Source: Anthoceros angustus
Lineage: Eukaryota; Plantae; Anthocerotophyta
Length of the DNA: 64,000 nt
Direction: 5' to 3'
NCBI GenBank assembly: GCA_010909165.1
Contig: MU008196.1
Span: 310,001-374,000, forward strand
In this document: positions 11,214-22,628 of the stretch, in pieces
Numbering within the stretch: position 1 is the stretch's first letter
How the letters are laid out: each line of letters starts with the position of its first letter
Notes under the pieces: model-generated
Told to the model about the DNA's origin: nothing
Database searches by the model: none
What the model saw: only the letters and a program-made list of their open reading frames with translations
Program-made: the position numbers and the translations under genes

Positions 11214-12329
11214 CGAGGCTTCCCCTCACACTTGTCCACACTATCACTTCGTCGTTGGGTTTAGGTCCCATGAGACTTGTGTGGGGAGGCGGATCCGGGG
11301 CTAGATGCACCCTCGCCACACTTATAATCGTTTAAATGCGTTGGGTTTCGTCCCATGAGACTTGTGGAGCAGTCGAATCTTGAGAAATCCGTCACTACGC
11401 ACTACACACTACCTCGGCCTTCTAAACAAGCAAGGCGCCCTCTCACGCTCCCTCTACAGCTCGCCGCCCGTCTTGCCCGTAAACTCACCTCAACCTAGCG
11501 ACACCACACAATTGCAGTTCGTCTTAACAAGGTGTCTATCACGGGCGCCAGGGGACCCCACGACCCACACGCAACCGTCCCTACTCCTAAGACACTCTTC
11601 TCCACACGGGGCACTTTTGGGATTCGTCCCTTAGGCTCTGGCCTTAGTTTTCCTACACTCTAATCCTCCTCACAACTCTCTCAATCAACAACGCCTCTTC
11701 TTCTCTACTCATCTACCTTCCTTCCTCCACAATCTCCTACTCTAACACCAATTCTGGCTCATTAATTCCAACTCGCCCTTCACGGCTGCACAGGGTCCGT
11801 CAGGAAGTGAGTTCTTCCTTGGGCGGTTGCTATGTGGTTTTTGCAGACAGCGAGAACCTCCGAGTCTTTCCTGCAGTCTACCCTCAAGCCGAGAGTTCCT
11901 TGAGCATCGCCACACACTCAAAGCAAAACAATTCCACGCAACCATTCACAAGGGGCGGCTAGCGGCGCACAAAGAGCAAGCCCTCCGCACTCCGACGCGT
12001 TCTCCCTCTCTACGGACCTGCGTTGGCTTGCGGTAGGCCGAAATTCCTGCACACAAAGTGAAGGACTCGGGAGGATGGGAGGCGCAAGACACGATAATTT
12101 TACTTCACAAGCTCCCTCCTTTTATAGGAGGTCCTCACATCTGACCTCCCACAGGCGCCTCACAGCCTTGCCTCACTCCTTATTTTAGTGTATCCTATTG
12201 TCGGACTTTAAGTTCGACATCCAAGCATCTTGGGTAAAATTCTATTCTAGCAAATTCACCTATGTGAGCCTTAATGGCTCTGTCAACATTCCTATCTAGC
12301 TAGTCAACACACTCTCTGGTGACAAGCAT

Positions 12330-14907
12330 TAATGCTGTCCTCCTCTAAAGAAAAGTCTTCCCAAGTGGCATCTTGCCCCATGTCTTCAAGCTAATTTAAG
12401 GACTTCTTATGAATCCCTTCCTTATCTTGATGCCTATCTTGAGTTCCTTCCTCCAATAAAATAGCCGGGCTCTCTTAGCCGGCTCATCCTCGACTTCTCC
12501 TCTTCCTCTCACTTGTGGAGCAAGTGAGCTCCTTACTCCTGCACCCATGTTGGGAGGTTGGTCTTCTCCTTGTGATTCTTGCTCCATTCACGCAAGATCA
12601 ACCCCTCTTCCTTCTTTCTGCAAGGGCCAAGGTACTCGCCTCCCGTCAAATCCATGCTAGCACCTTTGAATCCCGGCTTCTTCCGGCCCTCCTACCATGG
12701 TAGGACCTTCTCCTACGGTAGGAACTCCTCCTCCTCTACAGTAGGAGTTCCTACCAGTCTTCTTCCTTACCCCTTCACAGGTGATTCTCTCCACACGGCT
12801 TCTCGCTTCTTCTTCTCCACAGTGCGAAGTTTCTTCACCCTGCTTGGGACACTCCAAGTCTAAGGCTTCCGGTTGGACTTGCATGAGGGCCTCCCTATCA
12901 TCGTCATGAGGTCCCAACATCCTCCTTTCAGCAAGTCGCAACAACTCGTTAGTGGCCTTGAGCACCTTGTTGTGAAGATGGGCTGCAAATCGTTGTTGTG
13001 CCATCTCCAATTCTTCGTAATCCTCAAGCCATACTCCATGCTCACACTTGCTTTTGTAAGCATCTCGCTCCAAGGCCAGCTCACCGGTCTTGACATGGAG
13101 AGCCACATTCTCCGTCCTCTCATTACGGTTGGCGGATCAATCTCTTGTAGGGCATAATCAGCCCGAAATCTCTCCCTCACCGCCAACATATCTTGCAACC
13201 GCCTCATGGCCTTTCTCCTTTGCCATTTCTTCCTCCAACTCCCTATCCTCCTAGGGAGTTGTGCATTCTCCGTTCTTTGGACTTCTCGTTCCATTTCCAA
13301 TCTTTGGACAAAATGTGTCCGTTCTTCCAGCTCTTCTTCCTTCAATTCCAGCCTCGTGGATTTCTCCCAGCTCCTTTTCCATGTCACTAATCTTCACACT
13401 GTGTGGCTATGACCCGCTCATGTGCGCCTACTTGCCTTGTCTTGTCCTCATTTTCTTTGATTGCTCTCGTCTTGACCTTTCCTCCATTAGCAGCACTTGC
13501 TTGTCTTCCGCCTTCTTTTCCATGTCGCACCATGTGAGCAAGTTGCTCCACCTTCTCCTCGAGCTGCCAATTGCTTGGTAAGAGCCTTGTTCTCCGAATA
13601 TGATGGTTTGTTTCACAGCCTTGTCTCAAGACTCTTTCCAAGTGCTCCACTTGAGCTTCCATCCTCATAACATCCTCCACCGCTGGGTTTCCGCTCGCCT
13701 ACGCAATTTCCCTTGCTTGGTAGGTCCTTGTCTTCTCGCCTCCGTCTTCAAGAATTCAACTCTCCTCTTGGCGGCTCCTATGTCTACCTTCTTGAACATC
13801 TCCCCTATGCACATCTCCTCCAACATGTCTAAGTCTCCTTTCTTACCTCCGGAGACTCAAGGCCTTTGCCTTGCTCATGGGATCTTACATCCCTTGCTTC
13901 CCTATGATGAGCTCCCGCTCATCACTTGGTAGCAACTCCTCCCGTGACTCCATCCGCCGCCCACCTAGCAGGGGCGGTTGCCTTCTTATCTCCTCTTGGG
14001 AGCTTCCAAACCGTGACTTCCTTTCCCTCCTACCGTGGTAGGAGGTGCTCCAGTAGGACTACTTCCTACCGTGGTAGGACTAATTCCCGTAGGCCTTGTC
14101 ATGAGGACGAAGGGGTCCCAAACCACGTGGGAACACCTCCCACCTCGCGGGATTCACCGCCATGGTAGGATCTATCCTACCTTCCATCTCCGCATCCTCA
14201 GCGGTCCAAACTTCAAATCCCCTACAACTTCTCCTTGCAAGTCCTCCTGCACATCCTCGGCCTATCTTTCTGAGGATTCCTTCCGGCAATAATGTCGGTG
14301 GTGCTGCCGGCACCTCCTTTAGCTGCAAGCACTCCCTGTCCCTCTCACAGGCGTAAGTACACAATGTTAAAGGGATGCTTGGAATCATCCAACTCCTTAC
14401 TTGTGAGTAGCCCCTACTTCCCACAAATGCACTAGATAAGTGCTAAGATAGCACCTTGGGACATCTTCATCCGGCGTTGGGTTTCGCAACTTCTCCGTGG
14501 TAGGTGTATGCTTCATACATGATGAGCCCCAATCCGGCTCCTTGAGTGATCTTCCATAGAAAATGGAGGAAGGTAGTCTTGAAATATGACACCCTTGGAT
14601 TGCTCACCAAGCCCAAAACAATTCTTGTGAACAATCTCCACTTGGGCTCCAAGATTTGGTCGTCATAACCGTTCTTGGACTTAGCCTTCATGCCCCTTGC
14701 ATAAGTGTAAGGGCTCCCTTGGGAAGATCCACCGTTGATGCACGCTTGCCTCACTCGTTCCTTCCATCAACGTGATTCCGCTATCCTCGCTATCCGCCGC
14801 CATATACGTATGCTCCTTACATCCAACACCGTGGATCCGTCCGTGCGTTCTATCCGGTAAGGCAGCCAATTCCTCTTCTGCAAATTAGCAAAACACTCTA
14901 TCAATTC
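12330..14907 (-). pseudogene. LTR-B U3-encoded ORF, C-terminal part (conserved domain plus coiled coil); N-terminal parts at 21562-22222 and 40756-41110
   Basis: EPKWRLFTRIVLGLVSNPRVSYFKTTFLHFLWKI and AHLHNKVLKATNELLRLAERRMLGPHDDD, both homologous to the Gypsy-A LTR ORF. Confidence 0.75.
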
Positions 14908-15160
14908 AAGGAATAATTATTGTTTATGTGTTGACTCATGCTAGGGTTATGTTACCTTAGTTTAGTTAACCTATCGATGTGTAAACTAGGTCTAGTCACC
15001 TAGTACCCTTTCGGTAGGGTTGTGACTCTTACAGTGGGCGTAACACTTGGTATCTTAATTAGGTTGTTTTAAGCATAAGCAAGTTACTCTTTTATTTGAT
15101 CTTTCAATTCAATCAATAATGTAATTGTGTTTTATTAATTCAATTCACATAAAATCTTCA
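14908..15160 (+). repeat. Copia-2 5' LTR (terminal TG missing)
   Basis: Matches 21301-21556 apart from the initial TG and a few substitutions; ends AAATCTTCA before the PBS. Confidence 0.92.
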
Positions 15161-16090
15161 TGGTATCGGGCAGGATAGATGGAGATGCATCTAGTATGCA
15201 CACAAATTTTCTGCATTAGAAGATGTGCAGAAAGATGTGTTTTATTATTGTTTTGAATAATAACATGTTCTTGAAAAGGAACTTTTAAAGAAACATCAAG
15301 AAATGAATTTTGTGTTGTTTTCTTTAAAAATCTATACAAATTCTTGCTGCATTAGGTAGCCATTCTAGCGTGCATTCATTGAATTGCTCCTTGAGCAATT
15401 GCAATGAACATACACTAGAAACTGCCCAATGGGCAAAATTATATATAGAAAAATACAAAAGAAATATAAGATGCATTTTACACTTATAAAACACAAATCC
15501 TGTTACGGTGGCCAATTTAGATGCGCACGGGGTCGCAACACTCGTCATCCTAGGCAAAATAGGTCAAGAATTGTGATGGGCACACAATTGCTTCGGTTAC
15601 ATTCGCATCCAATGGAGCCAACAAAACCAAAATAGACCTATGCAAATTGCTGATCCGAGAGACGCATTTAATACTATTGTGGAATTTCTCTATCCTCAAG
15701 AGCGAGTCGTGTTTACTCTTCCTCCAAGAAATCCACTAAATTTGCAGTGCGTGTACAAAGAGCTTTTGATGGAAACAGGCAGCCCGTGGTTTCATCACAA
15801 CTCTGCCACAAACACAGTGTCGGCATAATTAATCGAAGCAAATAACAGGATAGTGATGATGACGCACACAAATTAATGGACACTTGTCTGACAGCGTTGA
15901 CTTACAGATCGAAGGAGCAAGTTGCACACTTGGACTACAAGCTGGTTATCTTTGTTGAAGCCCGAGATGCTCAAAAATCCTGTTCGTCACGTAAACAAAG
16001 TAAGACAAATCGTGAGCTTTAGCTCACTTAACTCGTGTCCATCTTGCTCCACGTATGCCTACAATAGGTTCGAGATGAGGAGCTCCAAAA

Positions 16091-19000
16091 TTGCGCTACG
16101 AGGAGGATCGGGATCAAAACACCGCCGAATCAACAAGCGTTATGAGCGGTGTGTCCGATCGTGACGGTTTTGGGGATATATTCAATACTGAATTTGAACA
16201 CGAGGTCGAACAACAAGCCATATGGCCGCCTCAACTCCAAACTATGGAGGTAATGAATCCTTCAAGGAGAAGGATCGGTTCAATGGCAATGACTTTGACA
16301 TATGGCGATCCGGATGGAGGGCGTCCTCGAAATGAGGGGCTCAAACATGCAACCGGAAAGGTAGTGAAACCACGAGGATCTTGGGAGAAGAAGAATGGTT
16401 AGCTAAGGATAGCGGAGCCAAGTACCTCATTCGCGGTGGCAAGAAATGTTGAGGCGCAGTGTGGAAACTTCAGCCGAAATCATGAATCGTCTAAAGGAAC
16501 TCTCGCAGCGAACATGGTCGGTCTGACACTTTAAGAAATTTCGAACTTGAGAATGAAGGATGGGGACTCGGTGGAGAAGCACGTGAGTACCTTTAGGACC
16601 CTAGCCTCCCGGCAGTGCCTCTAAAGTTGCCATCAAGGATGATGAGATGGTGATGAGGCTCCTTCTTTCGCTTCACAGTCTTGGTCACACTTCGTGACCT
16701 CCCACACAAGCTCGAGACACAAGCTGCTAGAAGCAAGGCATAGAGATGCACGAGATGTCATTCTCACAACTTGTGAGTTCCATGCGCAAGAAGAGGCAAG
16801 CAGAACTAATCACAAGAAAGCGAGAAACAACTACACCTCAAATCAAGGGCGAGGAGGCAAGAAATCCTTCTCCAAAGGAGGTGGTGGAAATCCTTCCAAG
16901 GGAGGTAGCTCGGATCCTCATCCGGGAAGAAGACTAAGCGGCACCAACGTGCAAGCTGGACATTGGGAAAAGAGTGTCGCAAAAGCAAGCTGGAATTCCT
17001 CAAGGAGGGCACCATACGCCAATGTTGTGGTAAAGAAGGCTAATACCCCATCAGCTCTTACAGTTGGGACTAGGGAGTTGCTAGTCCATTCTTCTTCCAC
17101 TTGCCTTTCGCCAAAGCTAATCGAAACCAATAGATGAATGGTATTTAGATACGTGCTCGCACACATACGCTTTGATAGAAATGCTTTCAAAACATATAGG
17201 TCTTTTCCAGATCAAGATGTTTACCTTGGGGACAGTCTCTAGTCTCACAGTCGTGTACGATTGAGTTGCTAGTTCCTCAGGATCACACTCATGTTGTTAG
17301 AAGTCTACTATGTGCGAAATGACTAGAAACCTTATTTCGAGGATTGAATCAGATAACAACATCCGTTGTTTTCACTAGGGCAGTTAGAATCATAGATGCT
17401 ATTGACCCTAGAAAGGTCCTTGCACATGGGTCTTGGACCACGATCATTCCGTCTCCATTTGCAGTGGAATAGCGAGTCCCACGACAAGATGTCTCCCTTG
17501 CATCGCACAACAAACAACAAAGTCTAAGTTGTGGCATGCACGCTTGGTCACCCTCACATGGCAAAGCTGCAAAATTGGGTGGTGACTGTATAAAGATGGA
17601 CCTATTGGCCCTTTGAGCCATACCTTTATGTGAGGCTTGTGTGTTGTCGAAGAAACACCAAGCTGCCTTCAAGAACAAAGCACCTCATCGTGCCGATGAT
17701 CTCCTTGAGCTTGTACATCGACCTATGTGGACCCTTATCTCAAGCGTCCATAGGAGGTGGACGTTATTTTCTAACGTTCTGATGACAAGAGCGTTGTCAC
17801 CACCTATATCCTGAAGAACAAAAGCGAATGTTTCTCCTACTTCAAGGAATACATCAAATTGAGCGTTGGACAGAAAACACTCAAGACCACGAGATCGATA
17901 ATGGCGGGAATTTACATCTAATGAATTCCAGTTACGTAAAGATGAAGGCATTGGGCCAACTCACCGTTGTATACACTCCACAGAATGGAGTGGCGGGCGC
18001 TTGAACCTCACATTGCGGAGATGGTCTCCTCATTGTTACATGATGCTCATTTGCCACTACCCCTTGAGGCTTTGATGACTTCAACTTTTCTCGAGCAGGT
18101 TACCCTGCAGCTTGAAGGCAAAACTCCTTATGAGGCTACAGGTGAAGCCCTCTATTCAACACTTGAGGACCTTGGTGTCTATATGCCTTCATCCCTAAGC
18201 GAAGCGATAAGGTCGGATAAGTCACAAGGCTTATCTTTGGGGTATCTGAGGGATTAAAGCTTACAAGCTATATGATGTCCCTACCAATAGAGTCATCTAT
18301 GCTCGAGTGTTACATTTGATGAAACAAGTACTTGGGCGTCGGTGAGCACACCCATGTTCCCACACGAAGGGTGAGGAAACCTTTGAACTCTCTCACTATG
18401 ACTGACGGATCATGGCACTCTTGCTCATACTCCACTGTTGAGGAACATGCTCCTGAGGAGGGGCAATCAGCGATGTTAGGGAGAAGAACAACAACTGACA
18501 TTCAACGAAATGCCGCCGGATCTACAGGATCACATTCCTCAACCGTATAGCGATCGATGATGCAACGGTGATGCGATCGGATGCTTGGCGAGGAATTAGA
18601 GGAAGTTAATGATGTACTTCTGCGATGAGCGAGCCTACTCGGCGTTACCTACGTGAGCGTCGACCTCCGACTACTATCATGCACCCGACTTGATTACCTC
18701 TTCTCATGTGAAGGCTTATGCCGCCACAGATTAGATCCCATAGAGCCACGCTCTTATGAGGAAGCTCTCGGCCGATCACAAGGAATGGAGAAAGGCAATC
18801 CGATCGAATATGATTCTCTTATCGAGAATGGAACTTGGGAACTAGCAAAGTTGCCCAAGGCGAAACTGTGTCATGTAAATGGGTCTTTAAATTGAAGGTC
18901 AAGGCGGATGGATCGTTTGATAGATACAAGGCAGTTAGTTGCTAGAGGTTTCACACAAATTCCGGTTTAGATTACCTCGAAACCTTTGCTCCGTCAAGCT

Positions 19001-20208
19001 TGCTACTTTTCGGACCATGTGTGCGATTGCTCGACAAGGACTACGAGAGGATGTTTGATGTGAAGACGCTTTCTTGCATGGAATCCTTGATACGAGATCT
19101 ACATGCCCACCACAGTTATGAGGTTAACGGCAAGGAGGATTATGCTTGCAAACTAATTAAGTGCCTCTATGGACTTAAGCGATCAATGAAATGGAATCGC
19201 CGGACAAGGAGTTGCGAGCTCTAGGTTTTACAAAAGTAAGTGACAAGACTTATACGTATACATCAAGAATGATGTGTTACTTAGTTGTTTATGTCGATGA
19301 CCTCATCCTTGCAAACACTGGACTTTATCTCTTCGATCACGAATCTGTTGGCACAAAAATTCAAGATGTCAGACCTTGGACATTTGCAAAGTTGCTTAGG
19401 AATACACATTCAGCGCAACAGAGAAAAAAGGATCCTTACCATGACTCAGCCCCGATATCTGTTGGAAAGTGCAGAGCATTTAGGACTCAAAGATGCCAAA
19501 CCTGCTGCAACACCTCTTCCAAGTGGTCTCAAGTTGAGCAAAGATATGTCGATTACACGGTCAGGAAGGACGATATGAGAAATGTGCCATACGAGGCAAG
19601 GTGTGGGCAAACTCATATATGCTGCCAATACAACGACCCGGAGGTAGCGTACTCGACAAGTGCTCATCCATATCTCGAAAACCTGGGCACATTGGACTTG
19701 TGTTAAGAGGGTTTTCCGGATCGAAAGGCACACCAACAGGTATTGTGTATACTCACAAAGATGGTGTGGCAGACCTCGGCGTACACCGATTCGATTATGC
19801 AGTGACATAGATACGAGGAGGTCGGTTGAGTTATGTGGTGAGCTATCTTTGGAGGACCTATTTGTTGGTCAAGCAAAAAGCAACCAGTTGCACTCTCAAG
19901 CAGGCGAATATGAGTACTTACTGCGGCAAGGAGGTTATTTGGCTAAAGCTGCTTTGAGCTTGGCATTGAGTTGCTTGCACAAAAATTAGAACCGACAACC
20001 AAGGGTCAATTTCGCTAGCTGAAAATCCGTCTTCCACTCGGGACAAAGCATGTGGCGTTGGAATACCATGGATTAGAGAGCTACTAGCTGCAAGCACAAT
20101 ATCTGGAATACATAGCAACACAAGAAAACCCGGTGACATTTTCACAAAGGCTCTAGGCGGGATCTACATGAGAAGCATGTAAAGTTTTTAGGCCTAGGTG
20201 ACTCCTAG
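16091..20208 (+). pseudogene. Copia-2 gag-pol, heavily frameshifted
   Basis: KDRFNGNDFDIW, LRMKDGDSVEKH, EWYLDT, LWHARLGHP, CKLIKCLYGLK, LVVYVDDLIL, KMSDLG; RNase H remnant ending GLGDS*. Confidence 0.88.
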
Positions 20209-21300
20209 TCCCTAGGTAGTAGTGCATAAAGTCAAGTCATTCTGGCAGCATTCTAGCTATGGCCACCGAAAGAAGAGCATTCTCGTCGGTGTAGTCGTTG
20301 AAGTTTGTCTCATCACGAGACTTCAAAGAATAGGAATCCCCATCGGACTCGATTCTCCAGCGTGACTCTCCTCCTCATCTTGAAGGATCGGCTGCTATAG
20401 GAGCGGTGGTTTTTCCTCCACTCTCTCCTTGCACGGCACGAAATCCTCTTGATTGGAGGCTCGATTCTTCTTCCAGGCGTATGTTGGATCCTGCCACGGA
20501 CAGTGGGAGCTTAGTGTAGCATCTCACATGCACAAGAAAAGATTGCAACAGTATTGAAGCGGGATCTTACTATAAGTCTTGACCACATGAAATGGGTAAG
20601 CCAGTTCGACCTTGACACGTCTCATCACGGCTTTGGTCGCCCACATAAACCACAGACCACGGAGGGCTGCCGGATGCTTGATGGAGCCATAAGAGACGAT
20701 CTGTGTCTCCTTGAGCAGTGCAGCTTAGGAAAGCTAGGCTCTTCACGAGGTTAGTCTCATTCTCGAAAAGCCGAAATCGGGATTAACGGCATGGGCCTTT
20801 ACTCTTGTCGCTTTGGAGTGCGGATGAGGCGTTGCGAGCCCGCCCATGGGCTCACTTGGCTGGCGTGGCTCGCCTTGCTAGGACCTCCTTGGTCGTGCCT
20901 CGCGGCCTTCCACGAGGCGATTACCTTTTGGTACCCTGCGGTGGAGTGCTCACATCGTGAGGAACAGCTTGTTCTAGTTGTAAAGACCTTGCGGTCCCTA
21001 ATGATTTCTACGCTTGGCTTGGAGTCTCGGATCTGAGGCGAAGACATGATGCTCCCTTCTCGCACTCCTTAGCCACAGGATACAATGAGAACTACACTCA
21101 AGCACGTATGCTATTGTTGAGTAAGCGGCACCTGTGAGACCACTTCACATGGGTGTCTCCATGCTTTTATTCGCCAAGGGGCGTAAGCTCGTCTATGGTA
21201 CTCGCGTAGCAACTAGGGCGTATGATGCGCCGGACAAGCAGTCAAGGGGACAAGGAACCCACGAAGAGAAGACGTACAAGTCATGATCAACAAGTGGGAG

Positions 21301-21556
21301 TGAAGGAATAATTATTGTTTATGTGTTGACTCATGCTAGGGTTATGTTACCTTAGTTTAGTTAACCTATCGATGTGTAAACTAGGTCTAGTCACCTAGTA
21401 CCCTTTCGGTAGGGTTGTGACTCTTACGAGTAGACGTAACACTTGGTATCTTAATTAGGTTGTTTAAAGCATAAGCAAGTTACTCTTTTATTTGATCTTT
21501 CAATTCAATCGATAATGTAATTGTGTTTTATTAATTCAATTCACATAAAATCTTCA
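21301..21556 (+). repeat. Copia-2 3' LTR
   Basis: TGAAGG...TCTTCA, preceded by the PPT and followed by the TSD. Confidence 0.93.
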
Positions 21557-22513
21557 AATTCAAGGTTGGTGTAAGACCAATGTCGCCCATACACCCACTC
21601 TAACTGAATATTCTCCTCTGCTGCCCAAGGTCGAAAGTCTGAAAGGTCTCTAGAGGATAGCTGGCCGCATAGCACGTAAATAATGGCATGTCAAATTTCC
21701 ACCTCCGGTCCGATCCTCCGCCTTAGACCTCTTGCCCGCTCTGCGCCACCTCCTTGGTGGACGCTCCTTCCTTGGCTACCTCCTTGCCCTTGGTCATGGT
21801 AGGCTTGGTCATGGCCTCCTTGGTTAGTACTTGCACGAAATTGAAGAAAGTGATGCCTCACACTCGCAAAAACGCCAGACTTCTATCCTTGCAAACGTTT
21901 TCTCCTCCTCGTGATTTGCTCGCTCACTCAAAGGTCCTTTCCCTTGCTCTCCCCAATCCTTACACCTTGGCGTCCCAAAACCCCGATTTCTCCTGAAAGC
22001 TCACCAAAATTCCCCACGGGCTCTTACCTTGACAATTTAGGAGCCCTTCCTTCACGGTTTCCTAGCAATCTTGCCACGCTCCACCCTCCTAGGCACCCTC
22101 ACGAGCTTGGCAAGTGTTGGGTTGCGCCCCAACCTTCTTCTCCCTTCTCTTCTTCCTCAACTTCCTCCTGCTCTTTCTCTTGGGCGCCTGGCGGACTTCC
22201 ACCTCCTCGCTGAGCTCACGCCTGTGGAACGCAAAAGTTTGGGCAACCAGCCCAAAAGAGCCCGAAGACGAACAAGTTTGATTTTTTGGCTAAGACGATT
22301 GAAGAGGCATGCCGAAAACTTTTGAATCTTGAAAGCGGTTGTAGGATATTGTTAGGAAGGCAAAAGGATATCCCGGGAAGAAGCAGTCGAATGGCCCAGG
22401 CGAGCGGGAGGCGCGAAGGGCGGTAGGCGGACCGCCGTAAGCCACACTACAGTGGTGGCGGACTGGTGGTAGGCCAGATCTCGGACTAAAGGAAATTAGA
22501 ATAGGGATATCCA

Positions 22514-22521
22514 CTATATAT
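22514..22521 (+). promoter_or_regulatory. Candidate TATA box for the U3 ORF (also 36075-36082; equivalent TATA-like motifs near the start of LTRs C and G)
   Basis: CTATATAT about 290 bp from the LTR start, upstream of the ORF, in an AT-rich patch conserved between copies. Confidence 0.5.
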
Positions 22522-22628
22522 GCTCATCAATAAAGGATAAATATATTAGCAAGAGATTAATTAGGCAGGATAGGAAAATAGGTATTATAGATCGATTAGG
22601 ATTTTGTGAATGATGCACAAATCTAGGG

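Larger units (their letters stand above)
14908..21556 (+). mobile_element. Copia-2: full-length Ty1/copia element (6.65 kb), degenerate
   Basis: Near-identical LTRs of about 255 bp; TSD AATTC (14903-14907 and 21557-21561); PBS TGGTATCGGGC at 15161; PPT AAGTGGGAG at 21292-21300; gag-PR-INT-RT-RH remnants. Confidence 0.93.

Noticed and set aside
10148-12091. DIRS- or Penelope-type element with inverted terminal repeats
   Set aside because: No tyrosine recombinase or GIY-YIG remnants; both arms are R-U5 parts of Gypsy LTRs and differ by sizeable indels.
14476-14492. Match to the U5 motif (gcgaaacccaacg) inside the LTR-B ORF
   Set aside because: Short; it encodes AKPNA, aligned with LKPNS in family A, and lacks the rest of the motif.
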